A stretch of 64,000 nucleotides of DNA, taken from NCBI GenBank assembly GCA_951406725.2, contig OX597816.1, positions 78,926,001 through 78,990,000 of the forward strand, given 5' to 3'. How positions within the stretch are numbered: the first letter of the stretch is position 1; every line of letters begins with the position of its first letter. The notes under the pieces are model-generated. The model ran no database searches. It saw only the letters and a program-made list of their open reading frames with translations, and was not told where the DNA came from. A program made the translations under genes and the position numbers. Below, piece after piece: positions 37,501-50,489 of this stretch. The stretch comes from Octopus vulgaris. Lineage: Eukaryota.

Positions 37501-37915
37501 AATCTATTGTGGCATGATTCGATTGGGATATCTAACTCTGAAGCAAATTATAACGGGATTATCGAACAAGTTGCACCAGCATCCACTTTCAGATCTATGC
37601 TTCTGTTATTTATAATACGCTTCCAAAAACCCATGTTATCTGCACCCTCATTGTTGTTCACATTTAGTTACAAACTGCCGACAGATCCAGTCTCGCTTGG
37701 AGATACATTTATGTTGTCCACACGGTGATTCTTTTTAGTTCGGCAAAATCAACTCGGCCGAACCCGAGATCGGTCTGGCGAGCAAGCATATTTTGCGAGA
37801 TATCAACAACACCATAAGAAGGGTTACTAACCTCACTTTGTGGCGCAGCGCCAGCTAAGTGACTGCATGGTTTAACACTAACAAGGGTAGAGACAGAACA
37901 AGGTTCACCCAATTT
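34520..37915 (-). mobile_element. Old degenerate Ty3/Gypsy pol remnant, LTRs not recognised
   Basis: Protease KVDAGATCS (~37580), RT remnants (36850-37250), RNase H C-terminus ARWSLMLSQYDF, integrase ORF 34864-35604 (HMDW, SDNKPEF, SNGADERAVQT). Confidence 0.85.
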
Positions 37916-37924
37916 CATATAATC

Positions 37925-38265
37925 GATTTTTACCCGTCTATATCAAAAGGGTTACTGACCAAAACACTCTCTTTCACTAGGGACCTCACTGACGTTAGCG
38001 ACGGACATAGAAATCATTATGCCTAACAAGAAGACAGTACTGTTCAACAAAAGTTCGGTGTGGGTCAAACAATCCGACCCCACGGGTTCCTTTGATGTAG
38101 CGATGGGAACCTACGACAGTGCTGACGTGTGCGACCTTATAGGATTGTACATCCTGGATACCCTTAGGAAAAAGTTACCCTCTGTTTTCTTTCGCCGCTA
38201 CAGGGATGATGCCCTGGCCATCTCTAGTGGGGCAAGCGGCCACACACTTGATATGGCTATACTGA
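37925..38265 (+). mobile_element. Hydra-type Penelope RT core fragment
   Basis: DFYPSIS...FDVAMGTYDSADVCDLIGLYIL...RYRDDAL. Confidence 0.8.
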
Positions 38266-39326
38266 TATGAAAGTCTAACTGTCTTAGAAAACAATAATGT
38301 GAAAATGATTTGGAACTTCAGCACACATACATGCCACAAAATAACACACAAGACAGTGTGACAATTTTTCATCAACAAAAACGACCATAGAGTATTAATA
38401 ACTGGCATAGTAATTTCTAAATGACTTAGCATTGGGACAAAAATGATTACGAAATAAAATGTTAAGATAAAACACATATATCACACTGATTAAGTTTTAT
38501 TAAAGATTTTGAATCATTACAAATGTTTACTTTTAAGATTTTGAATAATTCATCATTGAAAATAATTCGCAAAATTTTTCTTGAATATAAGTGTTAGGAA
38601 TTATGTAAAGTGTCATATAACAAGTGAATTGATTAATTCTAAAAAAATTTTTGCAAAGTAAAAGTTAAAACTGAAGTTGACAAGAAAAACAAAAAACCCT
38701 AGAAAAAGCTAAAAGCAAAAAACAAAAACGCATGGCTGATAACAAATAATTACAGTGTCAAATATTTAACTGGTTTTGTTTATAGCTAAAATTACATACT
38801 TTCATAAATTACAGATGATTGTAGTTTCTAGAAAGGTGTATGTGTATGTATGCGTGCGCACGCATGTGTGCATATGATCATCTGTGTGTGTGCATGTGTG
38901 TAGCTGCGTGCGGGCGCGCGCGCGTGTGTATGTGTGTGTGTGTGTGTGTGTGCATATCTGTTCTCATGTCAGCATGATTCCTAAATTTAAAATTGCAGTA
39001 ATTTATTTTGAAGTTGATGTTCTTTATAATTCTTTCAATTCTTTCAGTTTGAAGGTATTTCTGTGCAAATCAATCTTTCAATTTAAAACGTAATAAATTT
39101 ATGATTAAAATAACGATATTACAAGAATACGTTTGTATATTTAAACTTTGAATAGATATGTATAAACAAAACTCATAGAATTAAAGGAAGCAAGCATTGA
39201 ATACGATTCAAATTTAAGTCATCGGGTGAGATTTAAGAATTATTGTAGGATTAAGCAGTTAATGAAATCAGTTTAGTTTAAGTACAAAATAATTTTGAAC
39301 ATCGCAAGAGATATTTTGAATGGAAT

Positions 39327-39494
39327 TTAGACATGTACATATTTCTTAATCCATTCTATTCCGGAATAAACAGCAGAAAATCCTGCTGGATATGACACAG
39401 TATATCTACAGTCTATCGCAACAAAGCTGGAAACACCTTGCACCTCCCATTGACCATGGTCATTTTGTGTTTGGAATGGGCCTCCACTGTCACC
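39327..39494 (-). CDS. S1 (chymotrypsin-fold) serine protease, last coding exon
   Basis: Acceptor ttttttattctttcctAG; 168 nt translate GDSGGPFQTQNDHGQWEVQGVSSFVAIDCRYTVSYPAGFSAVYSGIEWIKKYVHV*; catalytic Ser motif GDSGGP; phase 0. Confidence 0.93.
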   Translation of the reverse strand, partial: GDSGGPFQTQNDHGQWEVQGVSSFVAIDCRYTVSYPAGFSAVYSGIEWIKKYVHV

Positions 39495-40049
39495 CTAGGA
39501 AAGAATAAAAAATATCATTACAAAACTGAAAAATTATTAGATAACACAGTGTAACACAATCTTTTTTTCCTTGCATAGTAACTGTTATTTCCTATTTGCT
39601 TACCCCTAGAAAGTATGAAAAATGGTTAATGTTCCTTTTAAACTTTGTTTTTGCTACATTTATTCAAGTCCCAAAGAATCCTGCTCAACACATGGTTATG
39701 ATTCTCCCCTACTACTCCCACTTATGATCAGAGATGCACGTATTGTCAGACACTTGAGTTCAAGTGGCTAAGATCAAGCAACTGAAAAGAAAATCTGTAG
39801 TATTGAACAGAATGTTTGCTATAACGATATTTCTGCTTCAGCAACTCAGCATTGAATCTGTCTGAAATGTAATGGAAAATATGTCAGTTTCAGAACATTG
39901 ATGTCTAGGCCAAAAAAGCGAAGTGTCAAGGGAATAGTAGTCATTTATTTTGATTTCTAGATAGAAGGAAATTGGAAATAACTCTTACTGAACAAAGATA
40001 CAAAAAATAAAAAATTTGTTAAACAGTGTAATGGATATAAACCATTAAT

Positions 40050-40185
40050 GCATTCATCATCATCATCATCATCATCATCGTCATCGTCATCATCGTCATC
40101 ATCGTCATCATCGTCATCGTTGGCGTCGTCGTCGTCGTCATCATCGCCGTCATTTTAACATCCATTTTTCCATGCATGCATGGGT
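40050..40185 (-). repeat. (GAT/GAC)n tail and 3' end of repeat family B
   Basis: Trinucleotide run next to TTTTCCATGCATGCATGGGT. Confidence 0.6.
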
Positions 40186-40421
40186 CTGATATTGAATGAT
40201 TTTTAAAATCATATGCCTTTTCTATTGCCAAATCTAACCTGTCTCCTAGCAACATATTTTCCCACGATCATACATTGATTTTGCAGAATATTGTAAATAA
40301 ATGACATTCATTAAGAACATTCATGTGATATCAAGACAAGGAGATACATATATACACTGACATATATATATGTTTGCGTCCATCTACAATGTATGTATAT
40401 TATGATGTGTATGTATGTATG

Positions 40422-40518
<97 letters not shown>

Positions 40519-40599
40519 CAAAGTAAAGTTGTAAGATACCTCACGAGTGGAAATATATATGAAAGAAGGTTTGAAAATGCAATTTTAAAGATGTTTATT

Positions 40600-40645
40600 C
40601 ACTTGACCGGTTTCACTTTTTTTTAGAAAAAGATTGTCAAAAGTA
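40600..40645 (-). ncRNA. Hammerhead-like motif with U3-A8 core variant (intronic, sense to the protease gene)
   Basis: Minus: TACTT TTGACAA stemII GAAAC CG GTC AAGTG; GUC triplet; same family as 27729-27914. Confidence 0.6.
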
Positions 40646-40826
40646 AAATGTAAAGCTTTGTTGTGTTAAGTATTGGTTATCACAAAAGTATTAAAATACA
40701 TATATACATTCTTTGATAATAATAAGAAAATATTAAAATCATTTTACAAGAAAGTATTTAAGAAAGTAATAAGAACGGGACTCCAAAAAGCATTTTGAGC
40801 TCAATAACAATATGTTTGTTTGGTAG

Positions 40827-40912
<86 letters not shown>

Positions 40913-41080
40913 GAGAAGGAGATATATTTAAGAATTTACAAAAAATTGTAGAGGAATAACTGGCGTGTCTTTCTGACATTTTTTCTCGTGTGTAGCTAAG
41001 GAATGTTTGCTATTTTAAGGGACAGTGTGGGAGGCTGGTTGGGGGAGGAAGAGCAATCTGGAATACATACACACATACAT

Positions 41081-41160
<80 letters not shown>

Positions 41161-41375
41161 ATATTATGATATATAATTATACCGTATGTTACATATATCA
41201 TAACTTGATACTGTGTGGACTAAGATCCCCGTTGACAGGCCGCTGGTATTTATAGTGTTAAACACTTTCAGTATGCAAATTAGGGACTCCTTCATAGAGT
41301 AACTGCTGCATTTGTTGAGTATATAAACAGTTTGGCAGCTTTGTTTCACTGGACATTGTCAGAATGATATAGACG

Positions 41376-41416
41376 CCTCTGATGAGAACTGAATAACGTT
41401 CAAAAATCGATTAAGG
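41376..41416 (+). ncRNA. Degenerate minimal hammerhead (GAAA to AAAA)
   Basis: CCT CTGATGA GAAC-loop-GTTC AAAA, palindrome AATCGATT, TTA triplet, AGG. Confidence 0.55.
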
Positions 41417-41576
41417 TTGTTCTTCACCTTCTTCACTCTCCGGAGAAATGGCCAAAATTTTCCCTGTTTATAATTATACCATATGTTATTTATACATATT
41501 TCTCTACCAGTGTAAGCACATAAATGCGAAACAAGGTGGAAAAAATAGTACTCGAATACCGGAGGTAGAGTATGCA

Positions 41577-43146
41577 TCTCTCTATATATAAAATTGAGAA
41601 TGTGTGTCTGTCTGTGTGTTTCCCTAAAACTTGAGAACTACACAACCAATTTCATTCAAATTTTACACATGCCTTACTTAGGGTCCATGTAGTTTCATGG
41701 GCAAAAAAAGTGTTCAACTTCTTGCCTAGGGCGAGCCCATAGCAATATCATATCTTCTTCACTATTTCAGTATTATGTGTTAAAAGTGAAACAAAAACAT
41801 TTCTCTATTTTATGTCAGATACTTTCACTTTAACAATAAAAATAATAATAACAATTGAATTATATGTAGTAAGTAATAATTAAAATCAAACTAAAGTATA
41901 ATATAATCGTAACATAACAAAAGTAAATATAGCAATTGGTATAAAATTGCATCAATGACTTGAACTTGAATAAGTGGTTTCACATGAATGGGAATAAATT
42001 AAAAATAAAAATAGCGTGCAGAAATGGAATAGTCCAGATGGAGCTGTGCACATACCGTTTACCACGGCTTTTATATTAGATTATCTGCTAATTAACTAGC
42101 ATTAAGTATCTATATGAAGTTTGGCTGTATGTAATGTCTGTTTTCTAGAACAGCCGCTTCTACTGAGTACTGCTGTTGGTTTATTTCTAATACATAAAGG
42201 ACTATAGCTTCAACTGCGTACTGCTTTTTGATTCACCGTAAGGTTTGTTGTTATTATTATTACTGTTTAACTATTGTTATCACGTTTGTTGGTTCCTCGT
42301 AAGGGAAACGTTGTTGTGTTGCATTTGTTAAATAATTGTAAACTGCAACCCCCCCCCCTTTGGTTATTGTTTAAAAATTGAATTGTGTCCCTGTTTGGGG
42401 AAATTGACAATATTTTCACTGTTTACACGGAAGCATTTTTGTTAGAATGCCTTCGATAGAAGAAAGTCCAAAAATGAATTTCGCTGCAGCCGTCGGCGGG
42501 CGCGAACTCATTAAAATTAAAATGGAAGAAATACAAACCTATTTCGGATTGATCACCGACAAAGACGGTGAATCTAGGATAACACCACCAAACGAAATTA
42601 AAAAAAAATTAAAGAAAAGACTATTGTCTATAAAGTATACAATGTAGAGAAAAAAAAAAGGTTTGAACACCTGGAGGAAAGCACCATCGAAAAGTGTCTT
42701 GGTGCGACTATGAGAGATATCTAACCAGAGGCGGTAAATTCGCCACAATAGAAGCAAGGTTCGAGTCAACGGAGCGTGCAAGGGAGTACTCAACTCGAAC
42801 CTTGCAAAGTGGGAATATTTTATTTTTACCTTTATATCTGGGACATCCCGGATAAAAATTTTAAATGTCCCCCCAGAAGTAGAGGTAGGCTGGATTGTAG
42901 CCACACTTCTATACAAGAGGGAGGACAAGATACAATTTATCGAAATTGCAAGAGACGGGTCTACAATTACAGTCTGTTATATATTTTGAGCATTGTTATC
43001 ACTAGCGATATCAAGATATAACTTTGTATTTTGTATTTTATGTGTAGATGTATATATATAGATGTACATGTAATATGTACACATATATATGCACATATAT
43101 ACATGCACTAGCACTATGACCCGGCAACGACGGGTCATAATGCTAG
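41577..43146 (+). mobile_element. Non-autonomous Helitron with internal cargo
   Basis: A|TC start at 41577; 3' hairpin ATGACCCG-gcaacga-CGGGTCAT then CTAG|T at 43143-43147; no TSD. Confidence 0.8.
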
Positions 43147-43315
43147 TTACTAATAAAGCTGCAAAGACATCACAGAAGCTGTTACTCAAAGTTTCCCGTT
43201 CATCGGACAGTTTTGGTTTAGAATGGAACAAAACCAAAACTGTCCGACGAACGGGAAACTTTGAGTAAAACTCCGAGTAACAGTTTTTGTGATGTCTTTG
43301 CAGCTTTATTAATAA
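43147..43315. repeat. Head-to-head inverted repeat with CCGAYGA hammerhead-like remnants
   Basis: Inverted arms; AAAACTGT CCGACGA ACGG GAAAC...GTA ACAGTTTT; stem II collapsed. Confidence 0.55.
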
Positions 43316-43329
43316 AATTTCATTTAAAA

Positions 43330-46170
43330 ATTTTTTTATCTAGTTTCAGCTCACAAGCTGTGGCCATGCTGGGGAACCGCCATTCGGTGTTGCTACATGA
43401 TTTTAATTCACGAATGCTTTTTTAGCAATTGACATTTGATGCATGAGAGAGTTTGATGCAGCTGCCCTCATCTGTACCTCCTGCGGTGAAGTTGGTTCAT
43501 CTGGGACACCTGACAGGAAGAGGTTCAGCTTTATTTTAAACACATCTGCATCCACCCCATGCAGGTCTCTCAGGTCCTTCGGGCGGATATTGAAGAGCTG
43601 TGGACCTCTGAAGCCCAGACTATCACAGTATCTTGTCCTACATCTTGATGGCAAATTTGGAGTCCTTGGCACTATGCAGTGGCGCCCAGTTCAAGTATTT
43701 GGGTAACTCTTGATGCCAAAGTTTGGGACAAGTCCTTCCAGGTGTATATTATTGCATATCTTTCTCGCCTACGCTCTAAGAAATAGAGTCTTAATCTCTT
43801 GAGTCTTTCCCAATAGCTTATATGCTACACAGAGGCTACCTTCTTCGTGTAGCTTCGTTGGATCGCCTCAAGTTCTGTGATTAATTTGACACTGGTTGGT
43901 GACCATAGCTGAGAGCAATAGTCAAAGTGGCTTAGGACAAGTGTCCTCCAGATGACCATCATGGTTTCCTGGTCTCTTGTTCTAAAAGATCTAAGAATCC
44001 ATCCGGTCAGCCGCCTACATTTCATTGCCAATTTAGCAACATGCACATGAAAGGTTGCATCATTACTCATGTAAATACCCAGGTCTCGCACTGATTGTGC
44101 CTCTGGGATTGCAATCCCTCCAGGTCCAGGGTATTTATTGGGTATTGCATGCTGATAGCATAAAGCTTGAAACTTTTCAGCATTGAACTGCATGCTATTC
44201 TTTTCAGCCCACTTGTATATTTTGTCCAGCTCATGTTGCAGGTACATAGTGTCTTCAGGGTTCTGTATTACTTGTGAAACTTTTGTATCATCTGCATAAC
44301 TTGTGATCGTGGCTCTCTGCGTGGCTGAGGGCATGTCTGAGAGGGCCAGTGGTCCCAAAACAGTGCCTTTCGGAACACCGCTCATTATTTGCGTGTTATT
44401 GGAGGTAATTGGCTACTACCACCTGACTTCTATCCTTCAGAAAGTCATGAAGCCATTCTCCCAATTTTCCAACTATGCCAAGATCACGCAGTTTGTGACA
44501 TCATTTTATGATCGACTTATCAAAAGCCTTTTTAAAGTCGAGATATATCACTTCCACATTTGAGTGGTTGAGCAGTTGTTTCAGCACCCAGTCATAGTGT
44601 TGTAGGAGCTGAGTTAGGCAGCTTCTTCCTGGTCAGAAACCATGTTGGGTGTTAGGCAGTAAGTTATTTTCTTCAAGGAAGGCGATTAGTTTCCTTCTGA
44701 CTATTCTTTCCATGACCTTGCTGATGTGTGAGGTCAGAGAGATAGGTCTGTAGTTCTTGGCCTCCGCTCTGCTACCTCTTTTATGAATAGGGCATATTTT
44801 ACCCTCCTTCAGTTTTCTTAGAAGTTTGCCAGTTGCAAGGAAGCTCTGAAAGAGGAACTGCAGTAGTCTTGCTGGGACTCGCTTACATACTTTTAGAAGG
44901 ATTGCTGGGAATCCATCGGGGCAAGTAGCTGAATTTGGGTTCATTTCATCTATAGCCAGTATTACATCGTCTTCCTTTATATTGATGTAATCAATCATCG
45001 TTGCCTCTGATATTATATCTACAGTGGTAAAGAAGTCAGTTGGATTGCTGACTTGAAAATGCCCTAGGGGTGGAGTGAAAATACTTATGTATTGCTCATT
45101 TAGTATTTCACTTATCCTCATTGGATTTCCTGTGAGTGTACCATCTTTTTCAAGGAGTGGCCCTATCCTGCATTGCACCGTAGCTGTTTCTTTGGCAAAC
45201 TTGTAGCAAGCTCTGGGGTTAGATTTTATGTTGTCTATAGCCCAGGCTTCTTTGTCTGCTCTTTCTTTTTCATGGGAGAGTTGCATACATTTTTCAATTT
45301 CTAGCAGTTTTATTTTCAGGCGGGACTTTTCACTGCTTTCAATTTGTTTGTTTAGGCGATTTGAAACTTTTGTATGCCGTCTCATAAGAATTTTCCTCTC
45401 TCTGGGGATTTTGTTCTTGTGTACAGTGGCCTTTCTCTCTCGGACACATTTGTAGAATATGACTTGCATTACAGACATGAATTGTTGAAGTTTCATGTCG
45501 ATGTCTGGTGAGGAGAGACATTTAGGCCAGTTTTGTTTGAGGATCTCTTTCTCAATTTGTTTCCAGTTTGCCTTATGGATGTTCAAGCTGGAAAGATTCT
45601 GAGAGTTTCTTGTAGGCTGCATGTCCATGCTTTCCTTTGGCCCGTACATGGTCAGCTCTACCATGTTGTGATCCGAGAGTAGTGTCGGTGTCACTTTCAT
45701 GAGATCCATATTATTTGTGAAGCAGAGATCCAGTATGTTACCTGCTCTGGTTGGTTGGAGTATTATTTGCTCCATGTACAGAGTGTTGATGAGGTTCAAG
45801 AGGGACCTCGCCTGTCCTCGTTCGCATCGTGTCATTCCTGAGAGAGAAAGGCATTCGGGCCATCTGACATTGGGCAGATTTAAGCTCCCATAAGAAGTAC
45901 ACTTATGTGTTGTTCTAATATGACTAGAACTTCTATTTTTGTAAGGCCGTCTTGCTACATAACTTGGAGCATCTGGAGGGCGATATGTAGCACATATAAT
46001 TACACCGAGTTGCCTTATATGTACAATTAGTGTGTCACACACCGAATTTGAGTATGACAAAAGGACCTGGGGTGTGAGGTCCTCACAGATGTACATAGCA
46101 ACTCCTCCATGACTCCTTTTTTCTGTCGGTCCGTAATACAATATAGTGCGGTATGTGTATTTCCGCATCT
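43330..46170 (-). mobile_element. CR1/Zenon-like LINE, 5'-truncated ORF2 (APE + RT), frameshifted
   Basis: GGVAMY, PTRAGNILDL, SDHNMV, YRPISLTSHISKVMERIV, QHGF, GVPKGTVLGP, YADD, HFDYCSQLWSP; 3' tail CCCCAGCATGGCCACAGCTTGTGAGCTGAAAC. Confidence 0.9.
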
Positions 46171-46174
46171 GCTA

Positions 46175-46276
<102 letters not shown>

Positions 46277-46317
46277 CCTACCTACCTACCTACCTACCTA
46301 CCTACCTACCTACCTAC

Positions 46318-46349
<32 letters not shown>

Positions 46350-46350
46350 T

Positions 46351-46402
<52 letters not shown>

Positions 46403-46420
46403 GGAGTATAACTCCAAACT

Positions 46421-47118
46421 TAAGATAAGAATGCAAATTACAAATATCATAATATAAATTATTGTAATCATTAAAATGACTTCTTACAGCTGTTTCAGAC
46501 TATGGTTAAAAGTAGTTATTTTTATTTTCATTGCCTATACTTGTCAATATATTGAAGTTGTAGGCATTTAAAAATAGGGTACTTACATATATAACCATAG
46601 GCCTCACAATATAGATATATGAAATATAAATTAGAGTTAAAACCACTATTATGTAATTCAAACAATGATAGACACAAACCAAAACATAAATAACAAATAA
46701 AATATATTTTTATTAAACATTTAACTAGGTCACAAAAAGTATAAAAATGAATAATTGTGTTTATTTATGTGTTTTTACACATGTAAAGGTATATACACTC
46801 TGCTTATGTATGTATATGTGTATATATGTCTATATGGATATTTGTTCATATTTTTTATATATATTAAATACTACGTGTATCATGTTTCATGTATTAATAT
46901 TAATATTTTTAAAGTTCCTTATAAACTCTGACGAGGCCTATGGTTATATATGTAAGTACCCTATTTTTAAATGCCTACAACCTCAATATATTGACAAGTA
47001 TAGGCAATGAAAATAAAAATAACTACTTTTAACCATAGTCTGAAACAGCTGTAAGAAGTCATTTTAATGATTACAATAATTTATATTATGATATTTGTAA
47101 TTTGCATTCTTATCTTAT
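46421..47118. repeat. Head-to-head inverted repeat (46421-46606 / 46932-47118) of an HHR-bearing element
   Basis: Near-identical ~185-bp inverted arms. Confidence 0.9.
46924..47060 (+). ncRNA. Minimal hammerhead ribozyme with ~105-nt stem II
   Basis: CTGACGA (46928), stem II GGCCTATGGTTA...TAACCATAGTCT, GAAAC AGCT GTA (palindrome ACAGCTGT); stem I short. Confidence 0.7.
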
Positions 47119-47763
47119 ATGTATTGAATTATAATATATATATGTATGCTATTAAGGTTCTCATTTTGTTAAATGAATAAATAATTCAACATTCTAATAT
47201 CCGAAAATTGATGAACAAACTAAATTTGTTTCTCCATTTTCTTATTTGTATTATATATATATATATATATATAGTGAGAGAGCGGGAGGGGGAGAGAGGT
47301 TGGAGGGGAGTATATCTGATGTCATTTGGCTGCTACGGCGCTGACCATATAGAAGGTATTTCCTTGTCCCTTCACTTTAAGTCAACTAACGAAAGAGAAA
47401 GGGGCGAACACACCCGCTAACACACTAACTACAGCATGTCATACACACATACGGCATTAACTTTTATTTATTTTTGGTAAACAACCAAATCTACGTGAAT
47501 GAAGACTATCTCCTGTCCCTTAAAAAAGAATATTGGTCCAAATTTGAGCCAAGTTTGAACATGATTGATTAACTGGTACAATGGCAACAAACTGACAAAC
47601 AAAAAAGCAATTTTATATATTAGATGACAAAGAGCTATGTACGAAACGTTAAAAACACTCTCCTTTCATCAAGCATCAAACTAGTATAATTCTTGTGCAC
47701 GTCCTCACGTTTGTTTTCTTTTTAAATTTTACGCTTTTTCAATTGTTTGTTCACTGAATTGAC

Positions 47764-47824
<61 letters not shown>

Positions 47825-47831
47825 TTATGTG

Positions 47832-47902
<71 letters not shown>

Positions 47903-47971
47903 ATATATATGTGTGTATATATATGTGTATATATATATGTGTGTATATATATGTGTGTATATATATGTGTG

Positions 47972-48367
<396 letters not shown>

Positions 48368-48452
48368 TACATTTATATACATACACATATATATATATAT
48401 ATACATACATACATACATATATATATATACATATATATATATACATAGATAC

Positions 48453-48527
<75 letters not shown>

Positions 48528-48553
48528 TATATACATCTATAAATTATATATAT

Positions 48554-48606
<53 letters not shown>

Positions 48607-48644
48607 CATACATACATACATACATACATACATACATACATACA

Positions 48645-48679
<35 letters not shown>

Positions 48680-48817
48680 TTATATATAACGGGAAGCTTT
48701 ATGAAAATAGACAAAAGACGAAGGCAGGTTTACGGAAATAAACAAAAGACGAAGGCAGGTGGAATACAAACAAACAATTGTATTAGTATAGCGCTCAGGA
48801 AATATAAATAAAACATG

Positions 48818-49152
48818 GTACCACATGGTTCCTGGCTCAGACCCACTGTGTGGCACCTTGGGCAAGTATCTTCTGCTATAGCATCGAGCCGACCAAAGCC
48901 TCGTGAGTTGATTTGGCTGACGGAAACTGAAAGAAGCCCGTCGTATATATATATATTTGTGTGAGTGTCTGTTTGTCCTCCGTCCATCGCTTGACAATCG
49001 ATGTTGGTGTATTTACGTCCCCGTAACTTAGCGGTTCCGCAATAGAGGCTGATAGAATAAGTACTAGGCATACAAAGAATAAGTCCTGGGCTCGATTTTT
49101 TTTTCGATTATAGGAGGTGCTCCAGCATGGCTGCAGTCAAATGACTGAAACA
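48818..49152 (+). mobile_element. tRNA-derived SINE family A (5'-truncated)
   Basis: Colinear with the reverse complement of 4381-4745. Confidence 0.85.
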
Positions 49153-49589
49153 AAACTGACCGAAAAAACGTAGTGTTTGTTACTTGTTAACAGTCTATTT
49201 ATTGTAATATATTTGAAAATAAATTTAATATATTGCACTAAAGTCAGCGTCGAAGAAACCATGTGGTGATAAATCGTACTTTCAACAAGTGGCCATGTGC
49301 AAAAGAAATCAATTTCTCCTTGAAAAGAAACAAAAAACCAACGTCGTACAACAACTAAAACTGGGAATTTTACCTCTTGTGAATAAGTACCGTATGCATT
49401 TTGTTTATTTTGGTGTTACCGAATAAAGAAAATTTAACGTAGGAGCTATTAATTACTTTTTCTTTTTTTTCTTTTCTTTCCTTTGTTTGCAATCAGCTGT
49501 TTAAAAAATTTAAGGCAGCAAATTCGTCACGAAACCTCTTCTTTCTTCCCGCTATCGTATTTAGTTTAAGTTCTCACTCACAGCCGCCT

Positions 49590-50468
49590 TTTCCGTTCTA
49601 AAACCTCTGTTTTTCTCTTTCCTTCATACTTTCCTTATTTGCTCTTTCATATCTTCTTCTTTTTCCCTTCTCCCTCTCCCTCTCTCTCCCCTTCTCTCTC
49701 TTTCTCTCTCCCCTTCTCTCTCTTTCTCTCTCCCTCCCTCTTTCCTTCATATCCCTCTCCCTCCCTCTGACATCCTACCGTTCCGTACCTACTGTTCTCT
49801 TTCTTTCATATCTCAATCTCTCTGTCTCTCTATTCCCACTCTCTCTCTTTATCTCTTTATCTCCCTTCGTTTTCCTTTTCTCCCTCTCTCTCTTCCTCTT
49901 TTCCCCTCCTCTTCCTCACTCTGTCTCTCTCTCACCCACTTCCGCTGTCTCCCTATCTTTCCATACCCCCTGTTCTTCTCTTTCCTTCATATCCTTCTCC
50001 CCCCTTTGTCTCCCTATCATTCCATACCTCCCGTTCTCTTTCTTTCATATCTCCCTTTCTCTGTCTCTCTACCCCACTCCCTCTTTCCCTCTCTTCATCT
50101 CTCTCCATTTTCCTCCCTCTCTTCTCTCTCTCCATTTTCCTATTTCTTTCTCTACCTCCCTCTGTCTGTCTCTCTCTCTCTACCCCTCTATTTCCCTCTC
50201 TTCTCTCCATCCCACTCTCCATATATTCCTCATTTTCTTTCCTCCCCATCATTCTATCTTTCTTTCCTTCATGTATTCTTCATTTTCTCTCTTCTCTCTC
50301 CCTCACTCTGTCTCCCTTTTTCACTTTCGCTTCCTCTCCCTCTCTATGTCCCTCTGTCGCTCCATACTCCTCTTTCCCTTTCTTTCACATCACTCTCTCC
50401 CCCTCCTTCCCTCTGCTTCTCTCTTTCTCTTTACCTACATCTGTCTCTTTCACTTCCTCTCGTTCTTT
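49590..50468. repeat. CT-rich low-complexity polypyrimidine tract
   Basis: ~880 bp almost only C/T; source of the L/S/P-rich ORF 50006-50926. Confidence 0.9.
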
Positions 50469-50489
50469 CCCACGCCTCTCTGGGCTTAG

